Positions 8,694 to 18,694 are shown, numbered from the stretch's first letter. The stretch is 64,000 nucleotides of DNA from an uncultured delta proteobacterium (GCA_963754925.1 CAVWHX010000004.1:640001-704000), one strand, 5' to 3'. Made by a program: numbers and translations. The notes: generated by a model from the letters alone, not told the origin.

Positions 8694-10433
8694 ATGAATC
8701 AGACAATCGCAAAAGCCGAATTGTGGGAAGGGAAGATTAAGGAAAGCGGCATACCGGTCGGTGAGCTCAGACTCCAGGAAATTGCAAGGATTGCCCGTGA
8801 GGCGGGCGCCGATCACCTTGCCGCAGAAGCGCAGGCCCTGGCTCAGCGCGTGCTCGAAGGGCTTTTTTTCGTGGCCTGCGTTGGGCAGTTCAAACGGGGG
8901 AAGTCTTCCTTAATCAACGCCCTCATCGGCAACGCGGCCCTGCCGGTCGGGGTAGCGCCGATTACGACGGTTGTCACCGTCATCCGGCACGGTGAAAAAA
9001 GAAGCGCGCGGATCCGATTCACCAAAGGCGATTGGCAGATAATTGATCCGGAGCAGTTGACGGAGTTTGTTTCCGAGGAGCATAATCCTGAAAACAGCAA
9101 AGGCGTGACCGCCGTCGAGGTGTTCACGCCGAGCACCCTCCTGTCTTCCGGCATGTGCCTGGTCGACACCCCGGGGATCGGGTCGGTGTTCACCGGCAAC
9201 ACCGAAGCCACCCGCACCTTTGTTCCGCACATCGACGCCGCCATCGCGGTGCTCGGGGGCGATCCGCCCATATCGGGCGATGAAATGGCTCTTGTCCAAG
9301 AAGTCTCGAAATATTGCCAGGACATTCTCTTTGTTCTCAACAAAGCCGATCGACTCTCGGATGCCGAACGCAAAGCCGCAACGGATTTTTCGTTGAAGGT
9401 GCTTTCCAAACGCCTGGGTAAATTACACGGACGCATCTTTGCGGTGAGCGCCGCCGAGCGGCTGGCCGGCAGCGGCCCTGAGAGGGACTGGGCCAGCTTC
9501 AAGAACGCTCTCGAAACCTTGGCGAAACAATCGGGCAGCGACTTGGTGCGAGCGGCCGAGGAGCGCGGGCGTGCTCTCATCTCGGAGAGGCTTACCCGTT
9601 TTTTGAACGAGGGACACGACGCATTGCTGCGGCCTATCGAGGAGTCGGAAAAACGGGTTGCTTCGCTGCGATCCTGTGTCGCGGATGCCGAGCAATCGCT
9701 CAATGACCTCGGCTTTCTCTTTATGGCCGAGCAAGAGCGCCTGGGCCGGATCTTCCGCGAGAAAAGAGATGCGTTTTTAAAGCGCGCTCTCACGGCTGCG
9801 CGGTGGGAGTTCGCCGAGGAGCTGAGTCAACTGAAACTCCGGGGAACGGTTTTAAGAGACAAAGCCATTGATGTCGCTTGCGACATCGGCGAACGTTGGC
9901 TCAATAAGTGGCTGATAGAGGCCGAACCTGCGGCAGAGACTCTTTACGTCGAGTCCACCCGTCGATTTGTCGATTTGGCCAACGAATTCCTGGTGAATCT
10001 GGCACATTCGGGCAACGGCGCGATCGCAAACCTTCCGACGCTGGTCGAACCGGAAAAAGGCTTCAGGGTCAAAAGCCGCCTGTTTTACGCCACACTTATG
10101 TCTCTCACCGGTCGGACCCCTTTCGGATGGTTGATAGACCTTATCGGACCACGCTCCTGGAGGATACGCAGGACCGACCGCGACATCGGCGAATACCTGG
10201 AGTATGTGCTAACCATCAATGCAAACCGCGTCGCCAACGACTTCAACGATCGCGTTCTCGAGAGCCGACGAAGGTTGGAGTCTGAGATTCATTCGCATTT
10301 GAGCGGCGTGTCGGGAGCGGCTGAGATCGCTCTCAATCGCGCCAAAAAAAGCCAGGCGCAGGGAAAAGCGGCGGTAGAGAGCGAGCTCGCCCGCATAGAA
10401 GAGCATAGAAGGAGACTGGTTGATCTCGTTTAG
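8694..10433 (+). CDS. Bacterial dynamin-like GTPase
   Basis: G1 VGQFKRGKSSLINAL, G2 LPVGVAPITT, G3 LVDTPG, G4 VLNKAD and a long helical C-terminus. RBS GGGAGG precedes ATG 8694. Confidence 0.9.
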   Translation: MNQTIAKAELWEGKIKESGIPVGELRLQEIARIAREAGADHLAAEAQALAQRVLEGLFFVACVGQFKRGKSSLINALIGNAALPVGVAPITTVVTVIRHGEKRSARIRFTKGDWQIIDPEQLTEFVSEEHNPENSKGVTAVEVFTPSTLLSSGMCLVDTPGIGSVFTGNTEATRTFVPHIDAAIAVLGGDPPISGDEMALVQEVSKYCQDILFVLNKADRLSDAERKAATDFSLKVLSKRLGKLHGRIFAVSAAERLAGSGPERDWASFKNALETLAKQSGSDLVRAAEERGRALISERLTRFLNEGHDALLRPIEESEKRVASLRSCVADAEQSLNDLGFLFMAEQERLGRIFREKRDAFLKRALTAARWEFAEELSQLKLRGTVLRDKAIDVACDIGERWLNKWLIEAEPAAETLYVESTRRFVDLANEFLVNLAHSGNGAIANLPTLVEPEKGFRVKSRLFYATLMSLTGRTPFGWLIDLIGPRSWRIRRTDRDIGEYLEYVLTINANRVANDFNDRVLESRRRLESEIHSHLSGVSGAAEIALNRAKKSQAQGKAAVESELARIEEHRRRLVDLV

Positions 10434-10609
10434 GCTGCACGGGCGCAATTTTCTCGAAGGCAGGTGGGTTTCTGATTGCTTGAGCGGAAACATACGCCAC
10501 ACGGCATTGAGGCGTTGATTTTCAAGATCGACGCCTGATAGACTGCATCGATTCGCACCCACAACCAATGAATTCTTTTTTGCGAGAATGATCGAGAGGT
10601 ACTAGATCG

Positions 10610-11080
10610 ATGTACAAACCAAGTGAAAAATGCGTCTTTTGCAAAATCCTCGCAGCCAAGGCCCCCGCTTACATCGTTGGCGAGAACGAACAGGCGGTGG
10701 CGCTCCTCGACATCCAGCCATATGCTCGCGGGCACTGCCTGGTGATCTCCCGACGGCACGTGCCGTGGTGGCACGACCTCACCGCCGAAGAGAGTGCCGG
10801 TCTATTCACCTTGGCGCAGAAAACCGCGCGGAAGATCATGAAGGTTTTTAAACCTGAGTTCGTCTCCCTGTATGCTCGGGGCCGACGCATTCCCCACACC
10901 CACATCTTCTTAGTGCCCACGAACAAGGGCGAGCCGTTCGATCGCCACTTCAATGCGCTCGAAGGGTTCCAGGAGACGGCACAATTTCTCGCCGGCTTGC
11001 GAGAGCCCGCTGAATTGAAAGCAACGCTCGACCTTCTTACCGTAGGCAAGAACCGTAACCTCTCCAGAACTAAGAGGTGA
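10610..11080 (+). CDS. HIT-family protein with a variant triad (HTHIF)
   Basis: CVFCKI, LDIQPYARGHCLVI, RIPHTHIFLVP. Confidence 0.85.
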   Translation: MYKPSEKCVFCKILAAKAPAYIVGENEQAVALLDIQPYARGHCLVISRRHVPWWHDLTAEESAGLFTLAQKTARKIMKVFKPEFVSLYARGRRIPHTHIFLVPTNKGEPFDRHFNALEGFQETAQFLAGLREPAELKATLDLLTVGKNRNLSRTKR

Positions 11081-11140
11081 TTGGTTGGGGTTCACCAGGC
11101 CAAACAGTCCCCCTTCTGTTCTGACAAAAAATCTAATATG

Positions 11141-12203
11141 TCACCCCTGCCTCTGAAGAACGGCGTCAACAGGTAGATGTGACACCACCTGAGGAAAGTA
11201 AGTCGTCGTCCTGAACCAGGCCTCAAGGTCAACGGGTAGGAGCAAGAGGATGCTTGGGTCAAGGCCTTCATCCTCCAAGAGTTGTGCGGGTGTTTTAGCG
11301 CTCTTGGAGTAGTTGGGTCTGGCGAAGTTCCACCAGTGTTGGTAGATAGAGACCTTCTGGAAGAAGTCCTGTCTGGATGTAAATGGTTCGAGATCAAAGA
11401 ACTCCTGTTCAATGGATGCATGGGAACTCTCAACATCGGCGTGGGCGTTTGGGGTGGCAGGGGGCAGGAAGCGGTGGATGATCCCGGCCTGCTGGATTTT
11501 GGCATGGAAGCCTCGTTCCCGCTCGTTCTTGTCATGGCCACCATATTCGACGCCGTTGTCGGTGGACAAGATAGCACGGCGGAGGTTGACGAGATGCTTT
11601 TTCAGGTGGGTCAGCAAGCGCCGGGAGGTCATGGTGGCGTAGGTGGTGGAGAGCTCGTCGGCGTAAGAGATAAAGAGAGCACCGCTTTTGACATCACGGT
11701 GGGTGTACTGGTGTTTGGGGAGGCCGAGTTTCTTCATCTGCGGCCAGTAGGCGGGGATATCGAAGAGGGGTTTCATATCGGCCTGGAGGCGTTGGAAGCA
11801 TCTGTATTTAGCTTTGATAGCCCGCAGGTCGTTTTTGCGCTGACGCTTTTTGCGACGGCGGCCCGATAAGCCTTGCTGGCGCAGGATGCGAGCGATGGCG
11901 CCAGAGGAAGCCAGTGATTCCAAACAGGTCGCGCAGGCGGCGCGGTCCGAAGCAGGGAACCTTCTTGCGTGCGTTGAGGATCTTCGCTTCTTGGTACCGG
12001 GAAGTCTTGTGGGGGCAGGTCTTGGGTCTCCGGGAGCGGTCCTGGAGTGAGGTACGACCGCCGGCGTCAAAGCGGGCACGCCATCGCCGTACGGTGTTGG
12101 GGGTGGTAGCAAAGGCACGCGCAGCGGGGCGTATGCCGTGGGTCGTGGCGTACTGCACCAACTGAAGGCGAAGCGAATATTTATGGTCTTTCGTGGTGGT
12201 CAT
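11141..12203 (-). CDS. IS481-family (HTH + rve integrase core) transposase, apparent frameshift near 11913
   Basis: HTH GIRPAARAFATTPNTVRRWRARF, LQDRSRRPKTCPH, FGPRRL; core QADMK, TDNGVEY, PPATPNAHADVESSH, YQHWWNFARPN. Confidence 0.82.
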
Positions 12204-12430
12204 GGCGTAATAACTAAATGGGGTCAGGGCCGTACCTCCTTGTGATGAAAGTCTTCGCAAACCTTCATTCAAGAGGATTTTGGTCCTGACCTCATCTCCT
12301 TTTTTGTTGCCGCGGCTTCCTTGGGGGGCTAGCCCCCCAAGGAAGCTTTCCCTTCAACATTGCCAATCCCTTGCTCCCCATGCTCCTGAGAGCAGAAAGA
12401 GGTGGTGTCAGATCTACCTGGGCTTGCCCA
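11158..12430 (-). mobile_element. IS481-like insertion sequence with 15-bp flanking direct repeats
   Basis: Subterminal inverted repeats CAGGTAGATGTGACACCACCT (11170-11190) and AGGTGGTGTCAGATCTACCTG (12400-12420), 20/21 matching. Direct repeat ACCCCTGCCTCTGAA at 11143-11157 and 12431-12445. Confidence 0.8.
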
Positions 12431-12449
12431 ACCCCTGCCTCTGAACGAC

Positions 12450-12483
12450 TTGACATGGATGCCGGGCATGTTTACAGTATAAT
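12450..12483 (+). promoter_or_regulatory. Sigma70-type promoter upstream of fluoride riboswitch 2
   Basis: TTGACA (12450-12455)-17 nt-TACAGT, with an overlapping TATAAT at 12478-12483. Confidence 0.55.
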
Positions 12484-12494
12484 CACCTGCTGAT

Positions 12495-12549
12495 GGTGGT
12501 GGAGTCCACCGAGAATTGTCACAATCCTACCGTGGCCAATGACTCCTAC
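12495..12549 (+). promoter_or_regulatory. Fluoride (crcB-motif) riboswitch 2
   Basis: GGTGGTGGAGTCCACC...GTGGCCAATGACTCCTAC; shares its 5' and 3' blocks with riboswitch 1. Confidence 0.85.
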
Positions 12550-12642
12550 GGGGCTGTTCCTCCGCAGGAGCGAGCAAGCCAGAATTAGAGATCAGCCCCG
12601 CGAGCAAATGTTCTGCGCCCCTCGGCGCAAGGAGGCTGACGG

Positions 12643-13878
12643 ATGGATCAGACATTCGCGGTGGCAGCCCTGTGGGTCGGGCTGGCCCTTATCGCCACTT
12701 TCCTCGCTTCTCGTCTCAAGATCTCAAACGCTCTCATGGAGATCTGCATCGGTCTGGCAGCCGGAGCCGTCGCCATGCACTACTTCGGGCCGGAGGCGAT
12801 GGGTGCAAAGCTCCCGTGGATTACCTTCATAGCAAGCACCGGCGCCGTGCTGCTCACCTTCTTGGCAGGCGCGGAGCTTGAGCCGGCAGTGATGCGACAG
12901 AAGTGGAAGGAGGTTTCGATCGTCGGCGCGGTCGGCTTCATCGCCCCATTCCTCGGCTGCACAGCCGTCGCTCGGTTCGTCCTCGGCTGGTCTCCCGCGT
13001 CGAGCTGGCTCGGAGGCATCGCGCTTTCGACAACGTCGATGGCGGTGGTCTACGCCGTAATGCTTCAAACCGGGTTCAATAAGACCGAGTTCGGCAAGGG
13101 CATTCTCGGCGCCTGCTTCGTGAACGATCTCGGGACGGTGGTGGCGCTCGGGTTGATATTTTCGCCGTTTACCTGGAAGACGGTGGTGTTCGTGGGCGGC
13201 TGCCTCGTCGCCTTTATACTCTTGCCCCTGGTCACCCCGCGCCTGATCAATCATTACGCAAACCGTACCTCCGCCTTCCGCACCAAATGGGTGCTTTTTC
13301 TTTTATTCGGCATGGGAGCGCTCGCATTGTGGGCAGGGAGCGAGGCGGTGCTTCCCGCGTACATCGCGGGAATGTTGTTATCTAGCGATCTTGCAGCCGA
13401 CCACCAATTCATCCGGCGGTTACGCACGCTTACGATCGGCTTTTTAAGCCCGTTCTATTTTCTGCGGGCTGGATCGCTCGTGTCGCTTTCTGCGCTCGTC
13501 GCGGCCCCCCTGGTGTTTTTAGCGCTGTTCGGCGGTAAGATTGCAACCAAAGTCTTTGGGTTGGTGCCGGTCGTTTCTGCTTTCAGAAAAGACCGCAAAG
13601 AGCGATGGTACTACACCTTGATGATGTCGACCGGGCTGACGTTTGGCACGATCTCGGCGCTTTTTGGGCTTACGCACGGCATTGTCACCCAGGATCAATA
13701 CTCGCACTTAGTTGCGGTCGTCATCGGCTCGGCCGTAGTGCCCACCCTGATCGCGGGTGCCATCTTCCTGCCTCGCCACCTCCTCACTCCTCGTGTAGAA
13801 GCGGAGATACTGGCGGATGCCGAGGCCGTTACATCGCGCAGGCGGACTGCGCCGCCGGGCCAGCTTGAGGAGGGGTAA
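12643..13878 (+). CDS. Cation:proton antiporter (Na_H_Exchanger/CPA family), fluoride-riboswitch associated
   Basis: About 12-13 hydrophobic segments; LLTFLAGAELE, ALSTTSMAVVYAV, ILGACFVNDLGTV, FLSPFYFLRAG. Confidence 0.88.
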   Translation: MDQTFAVAALWVGLALIATFLASRLKISNALMEICIGLAAGAVAMHYFGPEAMGAKLPWITFIASTGAVLLTFLAGAELEPAVMRQKWKEVSIVGAVGFIAPFLGCTAVARFVLGWSPASSWLGGIALSTTSMAVVYAVMLQTGFNKTEFGKGILGACFVNDLGTVVALGLIFSPFTWKTVVFVGGCLVAFILLPLVTPRLINHYANRTSAFRTKWVLFLLFGMGALALWAGSEAVLPAYIAGMLLSSDLAADHQFIRRLRTLTIGFLSPFYFLRAGSLVSLSALVAAPLVFLALFGGKIATKVFGLVPVVSAFRKDRKERWYYTLMMSTGLTFGTISALFGLTHGIVTQDQYSHLVAVVIGSAVVPTLIAGAIFLPRHLLTPRVEAEILADAEAVTSRRRTAPPGQLEEG

Positions 13879-13879
13879 A

Positions 13880-13988
13880 GGATAAGGGATTGTCCACAGG
13901 ACAAGAAATTGTCCGGAGGATAAGAGATTCTAGCCTCGCTGCGCTCGCAAGAATCTCTAATAACTCGCTACGCTCGACAACACTCTCT
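13880..13988. repeat. Palindromic repeat family, nested/multi-arm copy
   Basis: Three tandem GGAYAAGRRATT left arms, then two CTCGCTRCGCTCG loops with GAATCTCT and ACACTCTCT right arms; lies between convergent genes. Confidence 0.7.
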
Positions 13989-14008
13989 AGTACGCAATAC
14001 TTCACTCA

Positions 14009-14812
14009 CTAAAGTCTCTGCCTACGTTCTTTTAAAACATCCAAAACCGCCCGCACCACCGTTTCGACCAGTTTCGACTGATCGTGGTTTGTTCGGCGGC
14101 GGTTACCGCGCAGGCGTTTGCCGGCCGCCTCGCAGGGCAGCACCCTGCCCGGCAAGCCAAGCTGGGTACGAATCTCACAAAGTTTCCTAACCTCGGCAGC
14201 CGTGAGATCGTTGACCCCGCCGAGTAGCATGGCGTTATGCAGGATGGTGGCGGTCATCTCGAGGCTCTCCATTTTGAACCAGGCCGACTCCAGTGTCTCG
14301 GCCCAGGTCACCGCTCCATGGTTGGACAACAGCACCGCATCACAACGAGCAATAAAGGGACGAAGGGACGCCGGCATTTCGTCGGTAGAGGGCGTGCTGT
14401 AGGGCACCGTGGGAATCGCCCCCATGGTGATAACGGTCTCCGGCAGAACACATCGATCCAACCCAATGCCCGCCACCGAAAAAGCGGTGGCTACCGGCGG
14501 ATGCGCGTGCACGACGGCATTGATCTCCGGCCGATTCCGATAGATTTCCAGGTGCATCTTCAGTTCAGAGGACGGTTGTCGATCGCCGTCTATAACCGTA
14601 CCATCGAGATCGGTCAGCGCCAGCATATCGGCGGTCATGAAACCCTTGCTGACGCCGGTGGGAGTGGTCAGTAGTCGGTCACCCTCCAGACGCACCGAGA
14701 GGTTGCCCTCATTGCCGGCCAGCAAACCCCGCTGCCAGAGGCGACGTCCAATCTCAACCAGAGCATCCCTTGCCTCGTCAGTTCGCATCCATCTCCTTAC
14801 CTGCCGGTTCAC
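14009..14812 (-). CDS. Class II aldolase/adducin-family protein with C-terminal extension
   Basis: [42 protein letters not shown]. Confidence 0.9.
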   Translation of the reverse strand: MNRQVRRWMRTDEARDALVEIGRRLWQRGLLAGNEGNLSVRLEGDRLLTTPTGVSKGFMTADMLALTDLDGTVIDGDRQPSSELKMHLEIYRNRPEINAVVHAHPPVATAFSVAGIGLDRCVLPETVITMGAIPTVPYSTPSTDEMPASLRPFIARCDAVLLSNHGAVTWAETLESAWFKMESLEMTATILHNAMLLGGVNDLTAAEVRKLCEIRTQLGLPGRVLPCEAAGKRLRGNRRRTNHDQSKLVETVVRAVLDVLKERRQRL

Positions 14813-15516
14813 CCGGCAACTATCGCAACCGATGCTGACGTTCCCAGTCGGGTCGCGCCCGCAGTCACCAAGGCGATGGCGAATGCACGGTCGCGGATAC
14901 CGCCCGAGGCTTTGACACCCATCTGTGGGCCGACGGTCTCACGCATCAAGGATACATCCTCGACCGTCGCCCCGCCGGGGCCAAATCCGGTCGAGGTCTT
15001 GACAAAGTCGGCGCCCGCCTGCTTGGCCATGAGACAGGCCTTGATCTTTTCCTCGCGGGTGAGCAAAGCTGTTTCGAGGATTACCTTCACGAGCGCCCTA
15101 CCCTGCGCCGCCATTACCACCTCGCGTAGGTCGCGTCGTACCGGGCCATCGTTGCCGGATTTTAGAGCGCCGATATTGATCACCACATCGATCTCGGTCG
15201 CGCCGTTGGCGATGGCGTCGCGCGTCTCAACCACCTTAACGACGGTCGTTGTCGCGCCCAGCGGAAAACCAATCACGGTGCAAACCCCGACGCCGCTACC
15301 GGCCATTAACTCCGCACAGAGGCCTACCCAGCTTGGGTTTACGCACACCGCAGCAAATTGATACTGGCGCGCCTCGGCGCAGAGCGTGCGGATCTGCGCC
15401 TCAGTCGCTTCGGGTTTGAGCGCGGTATGATCGATCAAACGGGCAAGCTCACGGGGATTAGAAATCAACTCGCCGCTGTTTACGTCTCGATGAATTCTGG
15501 ATGCGGATTGTGCCAT
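14809..15516 (-). CDS. deoC: Deoxyribose-phosphate aldolase
   Basis: [53 protein letters not shown]. Confidence 0.96.
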   Translation of the reverse strand: MAQSASRIHRDVNSGELISNPRELARLIDHTALKPEATEAQIRTLCAEARQYQFAAVCVNPSWVGLCAELMAGSGVGVCTVIGFPLGATTTVVKVVETRDAIANGATEIDVVINIGALKSGNDGPVRRDLREVVMAAQGRALVKVILETALLTREEKIKACLMAKQAGADFVKTSTGFGPGGATVEDVSLMRETVGPQMGVKASGGIRDRAFAIALVTAGATRLGTSASVAIVAG

Positions 15517-15685
15517 GGGATAGACCGCTCGGGTATAAAAACATCAATGATCTATTGATGTCAAGCATGCCCAGAAGCGCAGGAGACGCTTTCCTTGCAT
15601 CGCAGCATAAGAGGTGTTAAGACTCTCAACGCAAACTTCTTCCCAAGGTGCGAAGAAGTCTATGAAAACGTGCAGGGAATTAACT

Positions 15686-17599
15686 ATGTCTTTGATTTCT
15701 AAAATAAATTCACCATGCGATGTGCGACAGCTGCCGTTAGAGCAGCTTCCTGAATTATGCAAAGAACTGCGCGAACGCATTATCGAGGTAGTCAACCAGA
15801 ACGGCGGGCACCTGGCCTCCTCGTTGGGCGTGGTCGAGCTGACCGTGGCGCTCCATTACGTTTTCGAATCGCCCACCGACGCTATTATTTGGGATGTCGG
15901 CAACCAAACCTACGCCCACAAGCTGCTTACCGGCCGACGCGATCGGTTCAACACCATAAGAAAAAAGGGCGGCCTGTCCGGCTTTACCCGCCGGGAGGAG
16001 AGCGAGCATGACCCCTTCGGCACCGGACACGCTTCCACCAGTATCAGCGCAGCTCTCGGCATAGCCGAGGGGCGTCGGCTCAAGGGTCAAGCGGGCAAGG
16101 TGGTGGCGGTTATTGGTGACGGCGGCATGACCGGCGGTATGGCTTTTGAGGCACTCAACCACGCGGGCTCGCTCAAACGCAACGTCGTGGTGGTGCTCAA
16201 TGATAACGGCATGTTCATCGCCCCACGGGTTGGAGCGATGAGCACCTGGCTCAGCCAAAAGTTGACCGGCCAGAGATTCAATCAAATGCGCCGGCGCATC
16301 AAAGACGTTCTGACCGGATTACCAAACTATGGCGAGGCGACCGTTCAGTTAATCCATAAGGTTATGGAGAGCACCAAGGTGTTCTTCACCTCGGGAATTC
16401 TTTTCGAGGGACTCAATTTCCAGTACGTTGGTCCGGTCGACGGTCATGACCTCAATGCCCTCCTGCCAATCCTGCAAAACGTCCGTACGTTGGATGGCCC
16501 GGTTTTGGTGCATGTGCGCACGATCAAGGGAAAGGGGTTGGCATGCGCCGAGACTGACCCCAGCCGTTTTCATGGGGTCGCACCCTTCTGTCTCGAGAGC
16601 GGCAACTCCACCGAAAAGGATCCGCATACGCCCGAGACGTACACCGAGGTATTTTCTCGGGCATTGGTCGGGGAAGGCCGGCGGAACCATCGGGTGGTGG
16701 CGATTACCGCTGCCATGCCCGAGGGAACCGGCCTGCAAGCTTTTGCCGAATGCTTCCCGGAACGGTTTTATGACGTCGGTATCGCCGAGGAACATGCCGT
16801 AACCTTCGCGGCCGGCCTGGCGTGTGAGGGGTTCCGCCCCGTGGTGGCGATATACTCGACATTTTTACAACGCTCCTATGACCAGATCCTGCACGATGTC
16901 TGCCTTCAAAACGTGCCGGTCACGTTCGTGCTGGATCGGGCAGGGCTCGTGGGTGAGGACGGCCCTACCCACCATGGCGCCTTTGATCTTTCATACCTGG
17001 GGACCATCCCGAATCTTACCGTTTGTGCCCCTTCCGACGAAAACGAACTGGTTCGGGCGCTAAGAACCGCTCTTGAAGCGCCTGGTCCGGTTGCGCTCCG
17101 CTATCCACGCGGGGCTGGGACTGGCGGCCGCGTGGACGCCAATCCGACGCCCCTACCGCTCGGTCGGGGCCGCCTGATACAGGACACCGAGCACCCCCGG
17201 GTAGCTCTGTTATGCGCCGGGACCACCGTATCGGCGGCGCTGCAAGCCGCCAAACGGCTCGAGCAACGCAAGATCCCGGCGCTTCTGGCCGATGCGCGCT
17301 TTATCAAACCCCTCGACGCCGAGCTTATCGTACAACTCGCCCGCAGAGCCGGGCGGATTCTCACCATCGAGGAGAACGCATTGTGCGGCGGCTTTGGCGC
17401 AGCGGTCTGTTCCCTTCTGCAGCAGCATTCTGTGCTGGTGCCGGTCAAGATGCTCGGGATACCTGATAGGTTTATTCCGCACGGCACCGCCAAACAACTT
17501 CGGCATGAGCTGCGACTCGATGCGGATGGAATCTTCGCCGCCGCGATGGAACTGGTTGAGTCTTTGGACGGTCATTCCACCGATGACCCCTCCCCGTAA
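15686..17599 (+). CDS. dxs: 1-deoxy-D-xylulose-5-phosphate synthase
   Basis: [70 protein letters not shown]. Confidence 0.97.
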   Translation: MSLISKINSPCDVRQLPLEQLPELCKELRERIIEVVNQNGGHLASSLGVVELTVALHYVFESPTDAIIWDVGNQTYAHKLLTGRRDRFNTIRKKGGLSGFTRREESEHDPFGTGHASTSISAALGIAEGRRLKGQAGKVVAVIGDGGMTGGMAFEALNHAGSLKRNVVVVLNDNGMFIAPRVGAMSTWLSQKLTGQRFNQMRRRIKDVLTGLPNYGEATVQLIHKVMESTKVFFTSGILFEGLNFQYVGPVDGHDLNALLPILQNVRTLDGPVLVHVRTIKGKGLACAETDPSRFHGVAPFCLESGNSTEKDPHTPETYTEVFSRALVGEGRRNHRVVAITAAMPEGTGLQAFAECFPERFYDVGIAEEHAVTFAAGLACEGFRPVVAIYSTFLQRSYDQILHDVCLQNVPVTFVLDRAGLVGEDGPTHHGAFDLSYLGTIPNLTVCAPSDENELVRALRTALEAPGPVALRYPRGAGTGGRVDANPTPLPLGRGRLIQDTEHPRVALLCAGTTVSAALQAAKRLEQRKIPALLADARFIKPLDAELIVQLARRAGRILTIEENALCGGFGAAVCSLLQQHSVLVPVKMLGIPDRFIPHGTAKQLRHELRLDADGIFAAAMELVESLDGHSTDDPSP

Positions 17600-18328
17600 A
17601 AAATGTCGGTTGGATCAGCTACTGGTCGATCGCGGACTCTGCGAGAGTCGCTCTAAGGCGTCAGCCTTGATTCTCGCCGGGAACGTGGTGGTCGGTGAAA
17701 ACCGGCGTGACAAGCCGGGAGCACCAGTCCCAACCGACGCGATCATTCAATTGAAACAACCCGAGCACCCCTATGTCTCGCGCGGCGGGGTTAAACTGGC
17801 GGGGGCACTCGATGATTTCGGCATACGCGTGCGCGGTTTGATAGCGCTCGATGTCGGTTCTTCAACCGGCGGTTTTACCGACTGCCTGCTGCAGCGGGGC
17901 GCTTTAAAGCCTACGCCCTGGACGTCGGCCGCGGGCAGCTTCACGCAACGCTACGCAACAATGCGCGCGTGTTTCCCCTTGAAGAAAAGAACGTCCGCTC
18001 ACTGGAGTCCCATGATTTGCCTGAGTTGGTTGATCTGGCGGTCATGGATCTCTCTTTTATCTCTCTCAAGCTCGCTCTCAAACCAGTCATCAATTGCCTT
18101 GTTCCCGGTGGGCAGATCGTGGCCCTGGTCAAGCCGCAGTTTGAGGTCGGCAAGGGCCAGGTGGGTAAGGGCGGCGTTGTACGCGATGCAGCGCTGCAAC
18201 AGGCCGCCGTGGAAGGAATCGCTGCGTTTGCCCAAACGCTCAATCTATCGGTCAACGGTCAGGCAATCTCCAAGCTACCCGGGGCAGACGGTAACATCGA
18301 GTTTTTCCTATGGTTGACAACAGGATAA
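17583..18328 (+). CDS. tlyA: TlyA-family rRNA 2'-O-methyltransferase (apparent frameshift near 17907)
   Basis: [39 protein letters not shown]; then in another frame [10 protein letters not shown]...[21 protein letters not shown]. Confidence 0.9.
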
Positions 18329-18383
18329 AAAATCTTATGTTAATACCCGACAGTTTAAAAGCTCTCCCTAAAGGAGATTTTTT

Positions 18384-18638
18384 ATGGCCAAAACTATTCA
18401 TGTATACGCGTTGAGCACGTGCGGCTGGTGCCGAAAATGCAAGGCTTTTCTCGAGGACAATCACATCGATTACACCTGCTATGAAGTCGACCTTCTCGAG
18501 GGCGAAGAAAAGCAACGGGCCAGGGAAAAATTAGAACGCTATAATCCGCGGCGCTCGTACCCAACGATCGTGATCGATGATGCAGAAGTAATAGTCGGTT
18601 TTGACGAGGAGAAATTAAAGACATTACTTTCTTTGTGA
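18384..18638 (+). CDS. Glutaredoxin-like protein
   Basis: YALSTCGWC, NPRRSYPTIVI, IVGFDE. Confidence 0.9.
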   Translation: MAKTIHVYALSTCGWCRKCKAFLEDNHIDYTCYEVDLLEGEEKQRAREKLERYNPRRSYPTIVIDDAEVIVGFDEEKLKTLLSL

Positions 18639-18694
18639 CCCGTTTTTTCTCGTTCATCTTGGTATCACTGAACATTTTTTATAAGGGGTAGCGT

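Noticed and set aside
8843..9793. Long antisense ORFs (e.g. 8843..9793, 430..1161, 40794..41549, 52502..53263, 44238..44993)
   Set aside because: They are shadows of well-supported genes on the opposite strand in GC-rich DNA, with no motifs of their own.
11900..11925. Programmed frameshift in the IS481-like transposase
   Set aside because: No slippery heptamer is present, IS481 transposases are normally single ORFs, and the break looks like the other single-base indels.
13880..13988. Tandem GGAYAAGRRATT units considered as a mini CRISPR array
   Set aside because: Units are ~13-19 nt with 5-nt spacers, there are no unique 30-40-nt spacers, and there are no cas genes. It belongs to the palindrome family.
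17292..17582. N-terminal extension of TlyA shown in the ORF track
   Set aside because: It overlaps dxs in another frame; TlyA similarity begins at ATG 17583 ([14 protein letters not shown]).
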